Below, one piece after another: positions 48,823-59,852 of a stretch of DNA of 64,000 nt. The translations under genes were made by a program, and so were the position numbers. The notes beneath the pieces were generated by a model. That model was not told the origin of the DNA. It searched no databases and worked only from the letters and a program-made list of their open reading frames with translations. The stretch comes from Gemmatimonadota bacterium (GTDB lineage Bacteria > Gemmatimonadota > Gemmatimonadetes > Palauibacterales > Palauibacteraceae). The stretch lies in the NCBI GenBank assembly GCA_963666735.1, contig OY762926.1:64001-128000 (forward strand), written 5' to 3'. Positions within the stretch are counted from its first letter, which is position 1. Each line of letters opens with the position of its first letter.

Positions 48823-50004
48823 ATGGAACCAACGAGCCCGGTACACATGGGGAGGCGGACCTTTCTCGGTGCCGCCGCGGGCCTCGCGCTCGCGGCCACG
48901 GGTGTCGCGGGCCGAGCCCGGGTACCGCAGGCGCGGCGCGCCCAGCCCGACCTGTTCGTCATCAACATGCTCGGGGGCATCCGGAACCCGAACCGGCGGG
49001 GCTCGCGCGATCCTCTGGGGGGGCATCCCCCGGACGGGCCGCTCACGCTGGACGAACGGGCGCTCTCCGACGCGCTCGCCTCCGGGACGGCCGCCGTCAA
49101 CACCACGATCGGCTACGTGGCCGGCCCGCAGGATCCGTTCGAGTACTCCGTGACGGATGTCGCGCGCTGGAACCGGATCATCCGGAACCATCCCGATGCC
49201 CTCCTCAAGGTCCGGGCTGCGGGCGAAATCGAACGGGCCGAGCGGGAAGGCAGGGTCGGCATCATCCTGGGTTTCCAGAACGCGGCCATGATGGGGGACG
49301 ATGCGGCGCGGGTCGGCGTGTTCGCGGGGCTCGGGGTCAAGATCATCCAGCTCACCTACAACGGCGCGAACCAACTCGGGCACGGCTCGATGGTGCCGGA
49401 GAACGGCGGGCTGACGGACTTGGGGCGGGACGTCGTCGCGGAACTCAACGCCACCCGGACGCTCGTGGACCTCAGCCACAGCGGCGAGCGCACCTGCCTC
49501 GATGCGATCGCCGCCTCCGCCGTACCGGTCGCGATCACGCACACGGGCTGCCGGGCGGTGACGAACCTCCCCCGCAACAAGACGGACCGGGAGTTGCGGC
49601 TCGTCGCCGAGGGCGGCGGGATCGTCGGGATCTACTTCATGCCCTTCCTCGCGGCGGACGGCATGGCCGTGGCGGAGGATGTGGTGCGGCACATCGAGCA
49701 CGCGGTGGCGGTGTGCGGCGAGGAACACGTCGGCATCGGCACCGACGGCGGGACGACGGCCGTGGACGATATCGAGGCGGCCTACGAAGCGACGCGGCGG
49801 GAAGTCGAGGCGCGGCGCAGGGCGGGGATCAGCGCCGCCGGCGAGCGTCCCGGCGTCGTGCCCTTCATCCCCGATCTTCAGGGCCCGGACCAGTTCCGGC
49901 GGCTTGCCGGCATGCTGCGCGCCCGCGGGCACTCGTCGGAGCGCATCGAGAGAATCCTCGGGCTGAACGCGCTGCGCGTCATGCGCGACGTATGGGGAGA
50001 GTGA
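48823..50004 (+). CDS. M19 (renal dipeptidase-like) peptidase, Tat-exported
   Basis: GRRTFLG Tat motif; IIQLTYN, VDLSHSG, THTG, PRNKTD, HVGIGTD, ILGLNALRV. Confidence 0.88.
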   Translation: MEPTSPVHMGRRTFLGAAAGLALAATGVAGRARVPQARRAQPDLFVINMLGGIRNPNRRGSRDPLGGHPPDGPLTLDERALSDALASGTAAVNTTIGYVAGPQDPFEYSVTDVARWNRIIRNHPDALLKVRAAGEIERAEREGRVGIILGFQNAAMMGDDAARVGVFAGLGVKIIQLTYNGANQLGHGSMVPENGGLTDLGRDVVAELNATRTLVDLSHSGERTCLDAIAASAVPVAITHTGCRAVTNLPRNKTDRELRLVAEGGGIVGIYFMPFLAADGMAVAEDVVRHIEHAVAVCGEEHVGIGTDGGTTAVDDIEAAYEATRREVEARRRAGISAAGERPGVVPFIPDLQGPDQFRRLAGMLRARGHSSERIERILGLNALRVMRDVWGE

Positions 50005-50006
50005 GA

Positions 50007-50914
50007 ATGTCGGACACGGGCACCCGTAGGCCCCGGGGGGCGAAGGCGGCCCTGGTTGCGACGGCGGCGCTGGCGTCGCTCTGCGCGCCGACCGCTCCCC
50101 TCGCTGGCCAGTCCCGGAGCGGGGAACCGCCTCGGAATCCGAACGCGGAGTCCGAGACGACGGTCTATGAAGGCGTGTCCATCCTCGATGGCACCGGCGC
50201 GCCGCTCATGCCGGACATGTCCATCGTGGTCCGCGACGGACGGATCGCGGCGGTCGCCGGGACGGACGAACTGTCCCTCGAACACTGGCCCGAGGCCGAA
50301 ATCGAGGATGCGTGGGGGCTGTTCGTCATCCCGGGACTCATCGAGAGCCACACGCACCTCGCCACGCGCGCGGACCGGGCGGCGGCCGAGTTCGAACTCA
50401 ACCGCTTCATCTATGGGGGCGTGACGACCGTGCGGGACATGGCGGGCGACGTGCGCGCGCTCGCGGAACTGCAGCGGGCGGCGCTGGTGGGTGAGATCCC
50501 GGCTCCGGACATCCACTACGCGGCCCTGGTGGCGGGCGAGTCCTTCTTCGTCGATCCGCGCACGCGAGCTTCCTCGATGGGCGAGGTCCCCGGACACGTT
50601 CCGTGGCGGCGAGCGCCGCGATCCCGGACGAGGTGATGGCGGAGGCGCTGGCCGGACGCCGTTCCGGCAGGGTCGACGTGGACCTGGACGATCCGCGTAT
50701 CGACGCGGTGCTCGAGGAGATGAAGCGCCACGGCACGGTGCTCGACGCGACGCTGAAGGTCGAGGCGGGGAAGTACGCCAACCTCGTGTTCCTGGAAGAG
50801 GATCCGACCGCGGGGGTCGAGAACCTCAGGTCCGTCCGCTTCACGCTCAAGCGCGGCCACCGCTTCGATCGAGGCGAATTCGAACTCGGAACGCAGCCCG
50901 ACCGCCGGCCGTAG
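50007..50914 (+). pseudogene. Amidohydrolase remnant (frameshifted, internally deleted)
   Basis: Signal peptide, VIPGLIESHTHL, GVTTVRDMAG, then frameshift; ...DATL joined directly to KVEAGKYANLVFLEEDP. Confidence 0.8.
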
Positions 50915-50959
50915 GGTGGGGAGGCGCGCCGCCGTGGCCGGTTCGCGGCGTCAACGGGC

Positions 50960-51360
50960 CCGCGGCGGACGCAGATATCCCCGCTGTCGCCACGTTCGAG
51001 GGGACGGTCGACTTCGAGATCGGCGAATTCGAGGGGGATGACGCGTACCTGTTCAGCCGTATCGCTGCGGTGGCGGCGGATCCGCGGGGCCGGATTCTCG
51101 TCGTCGACCGGGCCCTGACACCCTCGCAGGCGTTGAGGTTCATCGAATCGCTCGAACGTTTTCCCATCCAGGAGATCACCTTCGACCTGTTCCGGGCGGC
51201 CGCCGGCATCAGTCGGCGCTTCCAACTGTCGTACTGGGAGGGCGCGATTCTCGCCGCGGCCCGCGCCCGCCGCTGCGATATCGTCTACTCGGAAGACCTG
51301 AGCGCCGAGCAGGACTACGGTGGCCTGCGAGTGATCAATCCATTTGCCGAACTCCGCTGA
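50960..51360 (+). pseudogene. Chimeric remnant: beta-propeller fragment fused to PIN/VapC C-terminus
   Basis: EIGEFEGDDAYLFSRIAAVAADPRGRILVVDR followed in frame by ...RFQLSYWEGAILAAA...VYSEDLS...LRVINPF. Confidence 0.7.
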
Positions 51361-51395
51361 ATGAAGGTCGGGCCGGGCGGGCGCAGATCGTCATC

Positions 51396-51872
51396 GTGGC
51401 CGGGTACATGCTCCTCCTTCGCTTCTTCAGCGACACCCGTCCCTGGCCCTTCCTGCGCGCCACCGGTTCGTTGTGGGCGACGACCGCCGCCACGACGTCC
51501 AGCCTCGCCTCGCTCCCGGTCGGCCTGGAAACGGCCGGGCGGCTCGGCCTCCCGCGCCGCGCATACTCCCTCGTCCTTCCCCTCGGGGCGCAGCTCAACA
51601 AGGACGGGACCTCGGTCATGCTCGCGGCCGTTCTACTCTTCACGGCCCAGGCCGCCGGCGTGACCTTCTCCCCGGCGGACTTCGTCACGATTCTCCTCCT
51701 GGGGCTGCTGCTCTCGCACGGCACGGGCGGGGTTCCCGGCGGAGGTTTCGAGGTCGTGGCGATCGTCGGCGGCATCTACCGTCTGGTGGACATGAGCAAC
51801 ACGACGGTGAACATCATGGGCGACATGGTCGGCGCGTCTCTCGTCGCTCGGTCCGAGGCGAGGCGGGCATGA
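51396..51872 (+). pseudogene. Dicarboxylate/amino acid:cation symporter C-terminal fragment
   Basis: ATTSSLASLP, LPLGAQLNKDGT, GTGGVPGGG, RLVDMSNTTVNIMGD. N-terminal half absent. Confidence 0.8.
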
Positions 51873-51939
51873 TCCGGTGGCCGGCGGCGAACCGAAGGCC
51901 GGCGACGAGTCGGCGGCTGGCATTGAACGGGGAGCTGAC

Positions 51940-53148
51940 ATGAAGCCGGACCTGAGAGCGCTCTTCCCGGGGGCGAGCGAGCAGCCCTACTTCGACATCT
52001 CGGCGAACTCGCTCATGGCGGAGCCGGTGCGCGCTGCGATCGAGGGGCACCTGGCCGGGAGAACGTCGGGGCGAGGCGACAAGACGGAGATGGTCGCGAC
52101 CGTCAATCGCGCGCGATCCTCGTTCGCGTCGCTGATCGGCGCGACGTCCGATGAGGTCGCGATCACGAAGAACGTCTCCGACGGCCTCAACCTGTTCGGC
52201 GCCAGCCTCCCGTGGCGGGAAGGGGACAACGTCGTGTTGTGTCCCGCGCTCGAGCACCCGAACAACATCTACCTCTGGTACAGCCTCGTCCGCACGCACG
52301 GAATCGAGGTGCGGCCGGTCGCGCCGGAGGATGGCCACATCCCGGTGGGGGCGATGGCCGCGGCGATGGACGAACGCACGCGGCTCGTGACGATCCCCAG
52401 CATCACCTTCGCCCCCGGTTTCGTCACGGATATGAAGGCGATTGCGGCGGCGGCCCGGCAGGTCGGTGCGTTGACGCTGGTGGACGCGGCCCAGTCGGTC
52501 GGCGCCCACCGTACGGACGTCGGCGATCTGGGCGTCGACGCGCTGGCCGTCGCGGCGCAGAAGGCCCTCCTCTCGGTGTACGGATTCGGCTTCCTGTATG
52601 TGCGGCGCGAGGTGGCCGAGACGCTGACGCCGGTACACGTGGCACGCTTCGGGATCGAACTCGACGCCCACGAGACGGCGTACTCGGACGACGAACTCCG
52701 CTTCCGCCCGGGCACCCTCCGTTTCGACGTGGGCAACTACAACTATCTCGGCGCGGCGGCGACCGCAGCGGCGCTGGATCTGCTGGGCGGATGGGGCGTC
52801 GAGCGCGTCGAGAAGCACGTGCGCGGTCTGGCGGCCGACCTGGCGAACGGCCTTCTGGACCTCGGCCTCCCGGTCGTCGGGGGGAGGCCGGGACCCCACC
52901 TGGCGCACATCGTGTCGGTCGGCGAGAGCGGCGGCGGACGCCACTACACGGCCGACGACCCCGCCATGAACTCACTCCACGATCACCTCTCCGCAGCCGG
53001 CATCCGCCTCGCGATCCGCACCGGCATGCTCCGTTTCTCCATCGGCGTCTACAACGACGAGACCGACATCGACCGTGTCGTGGAGGCCGCTCAAGCGTGG
53101 TGTGCCCGAACAGGGTACGGGCAGGCGGAACGGGCTGAGGTGACTTGA
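51940..53148 (+). CDS. Class V PLP aminotransferase/cysteine desulfurase-like
   Basis: TKNVSDG, LEHPNN, LVDAAQSVG, AAQKALL. Confidence 0.88.
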   Translation: MKPDLRALFPGASEQPYFDISANSLMAEPVRAAIEGHLAGRTSGRGDKTEMVATVNRARSSFASLIGATSDEVAITKNVSDGLNLFGASLPWREGDNVVLCPALEHPNNIYLWYSLVRTHGIEVRPVAPEDGHIPVGAMAAAMDERTRLVTIPSITFAPGFVTDMKAIAAAARQVGALTLVDAAQSVGAHRTDVGDLGVDALAVAAQKALLSVYGFGFLYVRREVAETLTPVHVARFGIELDAHETAYSDDELRFRPGTLRFDVGNYNYLGAAATAAALDLLGGWGVERVEKHVRGLAADLANGLLDLGLPVVGGRPGPHLAHIVSVGESGGGRHYTADDPAMNSLHDHLSAAGIRLAIRTGMLRFSIGVYNDETDIDRVVEAAQAWCARTGYGQAERAEVT

Positions 53149-53293
53149 AGTACGCGCCGGCCGGGGCGGGATGAGCGGCGAGGATGCTATCTTTGGGACG
53201 GTGCCGTGCCGGGGAGGTCTGGAGTTGGTATCGGAGAAGGGGTCGCCGGCGATTAGCCCAGGGTACGAGGATTCTGTCGATGATGGCCAGTAC

Positions 53294-55267
53294 ATGACCA
53301 CGATTCTTCCGTTCAACCTTGACGATCTCCTCCGCTTTCGCGGCGTCGAGTCCGAGCGCGTGGAGTTGAAGGCATCGTGGGATCCGGATCGCACAGGCCC
53401 TCAGGTACTGCGAACGATCTGCGCCTTCGCGAACGACTACCACAACCTGAACGGCGGCTACGTTGTCATCGGCGTGGAAGAGCAGGATGGTCGCGCGGTC
53501 CTCCCTCCCCGTGGCCTCTCGGATGAAGCCGTCGACGCCGCACAGAGGTGGATACGGGGCCAGTGTAACCGTCTGGACCCCGCCTTCCAGCCTGTTCTTT
53601 CCCCAGAGACGATAGACGGCCGCTTGATCCTCGTGATATGGGCGCCGGGGAGCGACATGCGGCCCCATCGAGCGCCAGCCAGAGACGGGTCGCGCCGGTA
53701 CTGGGTCCGTCTGGGCGCCGAGACGGTCGACGCCGAACGGCGGCCGGGCTTGCTACAACGGTTGGTCGAGCAGACGGCTCGCGTCCCTTGGGACGACCGG
53801 CGCGCTCACAATGCGAGGATCGACGATCTGCGCGAGGCAAAGGTCCGCGAATACTTGCGCGAAATAGGAAGCGGCTTGCTTGAAGAAAGAAGCGAAGCGG
53901 ACATCTATCGGCGGATGCGGATCACTCTCCCGGTCAATGATCACGAGACACCCCGAAACGTGGGATTGCTGTTTTTTTCGAGAGACCCCGGTCAATGGTT
54001 CCGCGGCGCAACGATCGAGGTCGTCCACTTTGCGGCGGACCGGGCCGGAGATGTCCAGGAGGAACGGACGTTTGGTGGTGGTCTCGTAGATCAGCTTCGA
54101 GACTGCCTTAACTATCTTGAAAACCTCTCAACGTACCATCTGAAGAAGCAGCGAGATCGCAGCCAGGTGCGTGGCTGGGTCAGCTATCCGCTGCAGGCAC
54201 TCCGCGAGACGCTCGTGAATGCCGTCTATCACCGCAGCTACGATCAGGATCAGCCCGAGCCTACGAAAGTCTATCTTTATCCGAGCCGCGTGGAGATCAT
54301 CAACTACCCGGGACCGGTGCCGGGAATCGAGTTACGGCATCTGCTTCCCGACGCGGAGATCCGCCCGGTGCCGGCGCGGAATCGCCGCATCGGCGAGTTC
54401 CTGAAGGAGTTGGGGTTGGCGGAGGGGCGGCTTTCGGGATTGCCGAAGGTCTATCGGGCGATGGAAGCCAACGGCTCGCCGCCACCGGGATTCGATTTCG
54501 ACGAGCAACGAACTTTCTTCCGCGCCACGTTGCCGGCTCACCCGGAGTACGCGGCGTTATCGGCCATCCGGGACGCGGCCCACTTGAGAGGGCTCGGCGA
54601 GCACGCCGAAGCGTTTCGGCGCATCGAATCTGCGTGGCGCTCCCAGCCGGCCTCAGCCGTTCTGACGTCAGAACTCATTCGCGGCTATGCGCGGCGCGGC
54701 GAGATTGATCGTGCTGAGGAAGTGTTCGACGTGTTCGAGGAAAAGGGCCTGGTGAGCGCTCGCGCTCATGTTGCAAATACGATGGTTGAGGCACTGCTTG
54801 AAGCCGACCAGGACAAGAAAGCACAATCGTTGCTCACGAGACGGAAGGGTAACTGGTTCGGCCAAGACGCTATCGACGCTGCCATCCTGGCGCGACGCGC
54901 GAGGGATTCTCGCACGGCCCACCGCTACTTCGAACGCGCGGGGGACGCCGTGTACGCCGACCCCCGTGCGCTCCTCGAGTTTGCCCAGACCAAGATCTGG
55001 CTGGCGGGCGAAGCACACCGAAGAGGCCGGCGAGATTCGCGCCGCAGATTCCTCACGGAGGCCCGGGAGCTCCTGGAGCGCGTCATCCAGCTCGACGCCT
55101 CGCCGACACGCCACGCGTGGGCATGGAGAGAACTCGCCCGTACGCTCCGCTTCCTGCAGATGCCGCCCGGAGATGTGGAGGAGGCATATGGAAGAGCGAT
55201 CGCGTTGGCTCCGGACGAACCGAGGTTCGTCGATGAACTGGAGCGATTTCGTAAGCAGGGGCGATGA
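53294..55267 (+). CDS. AlbA_2 (Schlafen-like) + HATPase_c_4-like + TPR-like protein
   Basis: ESERVELKAS, ICAFAND..GGYVVIGV, YPLQALRETLVNAVYHRSY, RNRRIGEFLKELGLAEGRLSG; helical repeat C-terminus. Confidence 0.85.
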   Translation: MTTILPFNLDDLLRFRGVESERVELKASWDPDRTGPQVLRTICAFANDYHNLNGGYVVIGVEEQDGRAVLPPRGLSDEAVDAAQRWIRGQCNRLDPAFQPVLSPETIDGRLILVIWAPGSDMRPHRAPARDGSRRYWVRLGAETVDAERRPGLLQRLVEQTARVPWDDRRAHNARIDDLREAKVREYLREIGSGLLEERSEADIYRRMRITLPVNDHETPRNVGLLFFSRDPGQWFRGATIEVVHFAADRAGDVQEERTFGGGLVDQLRDCLNYLENLSTYHLKKQRDRSQVRGWVSYPLQALRETLVNAVYHRSYDQDQPEPTKVYLYPSRVEIINYPGPVPGIELRHLLPDAEIRPVPARNRRIGEFLKELGLAEGRLSGLPKVYRAMEANGSPPPGFDFDEQRTFFRATLPAHPEYAALSAIRDAAHLRGLGEHAEAFRRIESAWRSQPASAVLTSELIRGYARRGEIDRAEEVFDVFEEKGLVSARAHVANTMVEALLEADQDKKAQSLLTRRKGNWFGQDAIDAAILARRARDSRTAHRYFERAGDAVYADPRALLEFAQTKIWLAGEAHRRGRRDSRRRFLTEARELLERVIQLDASPTRHAWAWRELARTLRFLQMPPGDVEEAYGRAIALAPDEPRFVDELERFRKQGR

Positions 55268-55326
55268 TGCCATCGGCCCCTTTCCCGTGATCAACTGGAC
55301 GAGCGCCGCCACGAAGGGTGACAAGC

Positions 55327-57069
55327 ATGTCCCAGGACCATCGGAGAGAGTCTCGGACCCCGTACACAGGGTGCTTGGACCGGCGCGCGTTCATGGCCGC
55401 GGCCTCCGCGATGGGACTGGGAGCCACCGCCCTCCCGGCCGCCTTGTGGGCGCGCACCGAGGGCGGGCAGGAGGCCCTGACCAAGGCCGACATCTCCGCC
55501 GCCGCGCGGGTCGCCGGGCTCGAGTTCACGGACGAGGAACTCGATCTCATGGTGGAGGACCTCAACGGGACGCGCGAGAGCTACGACGAGTTGCGCACGG
55601 TCGAGATCCCGAACTCCGTCGTCCCCGCCCTCCACTTCGAGCCCGCGCTCCCGGGGGCTTCGTATCCCACCGAATCCAGCGTCTTTCGCTACACGCGTCC
55701 CCGGGGGCTCGCGCGTCCGGCCGACCTCGAAGCGCTCGCGTTCGCGCCGGTCGCGGAACTGGCCGAACTCGTCCGCTCCCGCCAGGTGACGTCGACCGAA
55801 CTCACGGAGATGTACCTGGGTCGGCTGAAGGCGCACGGGGAGACGCTCGAATGCCTGATCACGCTCACCGAGGAACTCGCCCTGCGGCAGGCGGCGCGCG
55901 CGGACGCGGAGATCGCGCGCGGTTACTACCGCGGGCCACTGCACGGGATCCCTTGGGGGGCGAAGGACCTCCTCGCCGAGGATTCCTACCGCACGACGTG
56001 GGGCGCCAAGCCGTACGAGGACCAGCACATCCCCGATGACTCCACGGTCGGCCGGCGGCTCGAGGAGGCGGGCGCGGTCCTGGTGGCGAAGCTCACCCTG
56101 GGTGCGCTCGCGCAGGGAGACCGCTGGTACGGCGGACAGACGAAGAACCCGTGGAACCTGGAGCAGGGGTCGAGCGGTTCGTCGGCCGGCTCCGCATCGG
56201 CGGTGGTCGCGGGCCTCGTCGGGTTCACGATCGGGAGCGAGACGCTGGGTTCGATCGTCTCTCCCTCCACGCGCTGCGGCGCCTCCGGTCTCCGGCCCAC
56301 CTTCGGGCGCGTGAGCCGGTCCGGGGCGATGGCGCTCTCGTGGTCGATGGACAAGCTGGGGCCGATTTGCCGCGGTGCGGAGGACTGCGCCCTCGTCTTG
56401 CACGCGATCCACGGCGCGGACGGGATGGACCCCACGGCGCGAGATGTGGCCTTCGACTGGGATCCGGAGCGGCCGCTCTCCGACCTCCGCGTCGCCTGGG
56501 TGCCCTCGGCCTTCGAGGCGGAGCGGGAGGACGAGGAGTGGAAGGCCTTCGACGAAGCCTCGCTGGAGGTTGTGCGCGGGCTCGGGATCGACCCGGTCCC
56601 TCTCGAACTCCCGGACGACATTCCGTACGGCGCGATGCGGATCATCCTCAGCGCCGAGGCCGGTGCGGCCTTCGACGAACTCACCCGGAGCGGGCGGGAC
56701 GATCTGCTCGTGCGACAAACGCGCGGTGCGTGGCCCAACACCTTCCGCAAGGCGCGGATGATCCCCGCGGTGGAGTACATCCAGGCGAACCGGCTGCGCA
56801 CGATCGCCATGCACCGCTTCGAGCGGGCGATGGAGGGGATCGACGTCGTCGTCACGCCGAGTTTCGGGGGACCGATGCTCCTGCTCACGAACCTCACGGG
56901 ACATCCCCAGGCCGTGATCCCCAACGGGTACCGTTCGGAAGACGGGACGCCGACGAGCATCTCGTTCGTCGGCAAGCTGTTCGGCGACGCGGAGGCGCTG
57001 CGGCTCGCGAAGGCGGTGCAGGACGCGACGGAGCACCACCTCCGGCGTCCGCCACAGTTCGGGGCGTGA
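55327..57069 (+). CDS. Amidase signature family enzyme, Tat-exported
   Basis: DRRAFM; GPLHGIPWGAKDL, GSSGSSAGSA, IGSETLGSIVSPS. Confidence 0.92.
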   Translation: MSQDHRRESRTPYTGCLDRRAFMAAASAMGLGATALPAALWARTEGGQEALTKADISAAARVAGLEFTDEELDLMVEDLNGTRESYDELRTVEIPNSVVPALHFEPALPGASYPTESSVFRYTRPRGLARPADLEALAFAPVAELAELVRSRQVTSTELTEMYLGRLKAHGETLECLITLTEELALRQAARADAEIARGYYRGPLHGIPWGAKDLLAEDSYRTTWGAKPYEDQHIPDDSTVGRRLEEAGAVLVAKLTLGALAQGDRWYGGQTKNPWNLEQGSSGSSAGSASAVVAGLVGFTIGSETLGSIVSPSTRCGASGLRPTFGRVSRSGAMALSWSMDKLGPICRGAEDCALVLHAIHGADGMDPTARDVAFDWDPERPLSDLRVAWVPSAFEAEREDEEWKAFDEASLEVVRGLGIDPVPLELPDDIPYGAMRIILSAEAGAAFDELTRSGRDDLLVRQTRGAWPNTFRKARMIPAVEYIQANRLRTIAMHRFERAMEGIDVVVTPSFGGPMLLLTNLTGHPQAVIPNGYRSEDGTPTSISFVGKLFGDAEALRLAKAVQDATEHHLRRPPQFGA

Positions 57070-58100
57070 TCGACCTCCGCAGCGACACGGTGACGCGCCC
57101 GACGGAGGCCATGCGGGCGGCGATGGCGGCGGCGCCGGTGGGGGACGACTGCTACGGGGACGACCCGACGGTGCTCGAACTGGAGCGGCGCACGGCGGAG
57201 ATCCTCGGCAAGGAAGCCGCCATGTACGTGCCGACGGGGACGATGAGCAACCAGCTCGCCCTGCGCGCGCACACGGAGCCGGGCGACACCGTGCTCATCG
57301 GCCCGGGAGCGCACATCTGGTTCGGCGAGGGGGGCGCGCCGTCGCCGATCTCCGGGGTCGTCATCCGGCCGCTCGAGGGCGACCGCGGCATGTTCGGCGC
57401 GGCGACCCTGCGGGCGGCGCTCAACCTCGACATGGGGACCGTGCGCGCGCGCATGCAGTCGCCCGTGCGGCTGGTCTGCGCCGAGAACACGCACAACGGG
57501 GCGGGCGGCACCGTGTGGCCCCTCGACCTCCTGCGCGAGATGCTCGCCGCCGCGCGCGAGGCCGGTCTCGCCACCCACCTCGACGGCGCCCGGCTGTGGA
57601 ACGCGACCGCGGCCAGCGGCATCCCCGAGGCCGAATTCGCGGTGGGCTTCGACACGGTGAACGTCTGCTTCTCCAAGGCGCTCGGCGCCCCGCTGGGTTC
57701 AGCCCTCGCCGGCCCGGCGGACCTCATCGAGCGCGCCCGCCGCTTCAAGCAGCTCTATGGCGGAGGCTTCCGGCAGGCGGGGATCGTCGCCGCCGGCGCC
57801 CTGTACGCGCTCGAACACCACCGCGAGCGGCTCACACGGGATCATGCCCGGGCGAGGAGGCTGGCCCGCGGACTCGCCGCGATCCGCGGCCTGGAGGTCG
57901 ACGTCGAAGGCGTGGAGACGAACATCGTCCGCTTCCGGACGACGGCGGTCGACGCGCCGGAGTTGGCCGGGCGCTGCCGGGAGGCGGGAGTCCTGCTGAA
58001 CGCCTACAGCCGGCGGGATCTGCGGGTCATCCCCCACCTCCACACCACGGACGGCGATGTGGCGGACGCACTGGAGGTCTTCCGCCGGACCGCCGCCTAA
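57066..58100 (+). CDS. ltaE: Low-specificity L-threonine aldolase
   Basis: IDLRSDTVTRPT, VGDDCYGDDPTV, GTMSNQ, ENTHN, HLDGARLWNA, CFSKALGAP. Confidence 0.9.
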   Translation: MIDLRSDTVTRPTEAMRAAMAAAPVGDDCYGDDPTVLELERRTAEILGKEAAMYVPTGTMSNQLALRAHTEPGDTVLIGPGAHIWFGEGGAPSPISGVVIRPLEGDRGMFGAATLRAALNLDMGTVRARMQSPVRLVCAENTHNGAGGTVWPLDLLREMLAAAREAGLATHLDGARLWNATAASGIPEAEFAVGFDTVNVCFSKALGAPLGSALAGPADLIERARRFKQLYGGGFRQAGIVAAGALYALEHHRERLTRDHARARRLARGLAAIRGLEVDVEGVETNIVRFRTTAVDAPELAGRCREAGVLLNAYSRRDLRVIPHLHTTDGDVADALEVFRRTAA

Positions 58101-58164
58101 CAGCCCTCGCCCAGCTGCCCTCGCCAGCAGCCCTCGCCTGGCTGCCCTCGCCCTAGCTGCCCTT
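58101..58164. repeat. ~14-bp imperfect tandem repeat (GCCCTCGCCNAGCT) between convergent genes
   Basis: Four-plus units containing gccctcgcc. Confidence 0.75.
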
Positions 58165-59259
58165 CCCGAGCGCGACGGCGACTTCGGCCTCGATGGCCTG
58201 CGTGATCTCGTCCGACCGCTCCGAGCCGAGCAGGACCGCGATCCAGCGGGTGGACTCGTTCGTCCCCAGCACGATGCGGCACATCACCGTGAGCGGCACC
58301 GACAGCAGCATCCCCACGGGTCCCAGTACCCAGCCCCAGAAGACGAGCGAGGCGAAGACGACGAGCGTCGACAGGCCCACGCTGTACCCCATAACCTTGG
58401 GCTCGATGAGGTTGCCCCAGACGACGTTGACGACGAGGAACCCGGCCGCGGCGGCCACCGCCGTCCCGACCCCCATCGTGAGCCACGCGACGAGCACCGC
58501 CGGCACGGCCGCGATGAAGGACCCGATGTTGGGGACGTAGTTGAGCAGAAACGCGAGCACTCCCCACAGCAACGGGTAGTTGACGCCCAGCACCGCCATG
58601 AGCCCCGCGACGCAGAGGCCGGTTCCGATGCTGACGATCGTCTTCAGCACGACGTAGCGCCGGACCGCGGTCCCGACCTTCTCCCAGTTCTCCCGCGCCT
58701 CCGTCGCATCGGCCTCGCCGAAGGCGACCCGAACCTTCGTGGGGAAGCCCGAGAGCTCGAGCAGCATGAAGACCATCGTGAGGATGATCAGGAACCCGTT
58801 GGCGAGGATGAACCCCAGGTTCTCGACGAGCTCCCGGATGAGGCCGAGCATCCAACTCGGCGAGATCGAGATGAGTTCGTCGGCATCGAGCACGGGCGAC
58901 TGGAGCCCGAACCGCACCATGTAGTCGCTCAGCGTGGCCTCCACCGCCTCGATCTGCTCCGCGAAGAGCCTGTCGAGTTGCGCCTCCGTGCGTCCGAGTT
59001 CGACGACGGGGGTCGCGATCAGGCCCCCGGCCACCGTCCCGAGGGCGAGGATGACGAGCACCAGGGCGAGGACCGCGACGGACTTGGGAATCCGGCGGTT
59101 CGTCATCCAGCGGAGCGGCGTGGAGCACAGGATGGTGAGAAAGAGCGCGAGCACGAAGGAGACGATCAGCGGCGCGGCGGCGCGCATCCCGGCCACGATG
59201 ATGACGAAGGCCGCCAGGTTCAGGAGGATCCGGTGTACTCGTGTCGCGTCGTCGCGCAT
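58153..59259 (-). CDS. AI-2E family transporter
   Basis: [47 protein letters not shown]. Confidence 0.92.
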   Translation of the reverse strand: MRDDATRVHRILLNLAAFVIIVAGMRAAAPLIVSFVLALFLTILCSTPLRWMTNRRIPKSVAVLALVLVILALGTVAGGLIATPVVELGRTEAQLDRLFAEQIEAVEATLSDYMVRFGLQSPVLDADELISISPSWMLGLIRELVENLGFILANGFLIILTMVFMLLELSGFPTKVRVAFGEADATEARENWEKVGTAVRRYVVLKTIVSIGTGLCVAGLMAVLGVNYPLLWGVLAFLLNYVPNIGSFIAAVPAVLVAWLTMGVGTAVAAAAGFLVVNVVWGNLIEPKVMGYSVGLSTLVVFASLVFWGWVLGPVGMLLSVPLTVMCRIVLGTNESTRWIAVLLGSERSDEITQAIEAEVAVALGKGS

Positions 59260-59414
59260 GGAACGAGGGTGCGGACCGGAGCGGATCGGGGCAACCCCGG
59301 AGATCGCCGGATCGTCGTTGCAGTGCGCGCCTTTCCGCGGATACTTTCGACCGTTCCCTCGTGACCGCCAACTTCCGGGATCAACTCCCGAAAACGAACT
59401 GCCGAGAGAGGCGC

Positions 59415-59843
59415 TTGATCGAACCGAAGATCCGTGTGCTCGTGGCCAAGCCCGGGCTCGACGGCCACGACCGGGGTGCGAAGGTGATGGCCGCTGCCCT
59501 CCAGGACGCGGGGATGGAGGTCATCTACACGGGACTCCACCAGACGCCGGAGATGATCGCCGCCACCGCGCTCCAGGAGGACGTGGATGTCGTGGCGCTC
59601 TCGATCCTGTCGGGGGCGCACATGACGCTCTTCCCGCGCGTGAAGGCGCTCCTCGATGGCCAGGGGATGGACGGGGTGCTCCTCACCGGGGGAGGGATCA
59701 TCCCCGCCGAAGACGTGGAGGCGCTGACCGGCCTCGGCGTCGGCCGCCTCTTCGGTCCGGGCACCTCCACCTCCGACGCGGTCGCCTACATTCGCGCGTG
59801 GTTCGAGGAGCGCGGGCGCGAAGCCTCCGGGGCGACAGGCTAG
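59415..59843 (+). CDS. Cobalamin-binding subunit of an acyl-CoA mutase
   Basis: [32 protein letters not shown]. Confidence 0.92.
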   Translation: MIEPKIRVLVAKPGLDGHDRGAKVMAAALQDAGMEVIYTGLHQTPEMIAATALQEDVDVVALSILSGAHMTLFPRVKALLDGQGMDGVLLTGGGIIPAEDVEALTGLGVGRLFGPGTSTSDAVAYIRAWFEERGREASGATG

Positions 59844-59852
59844 CCGCGGCCG

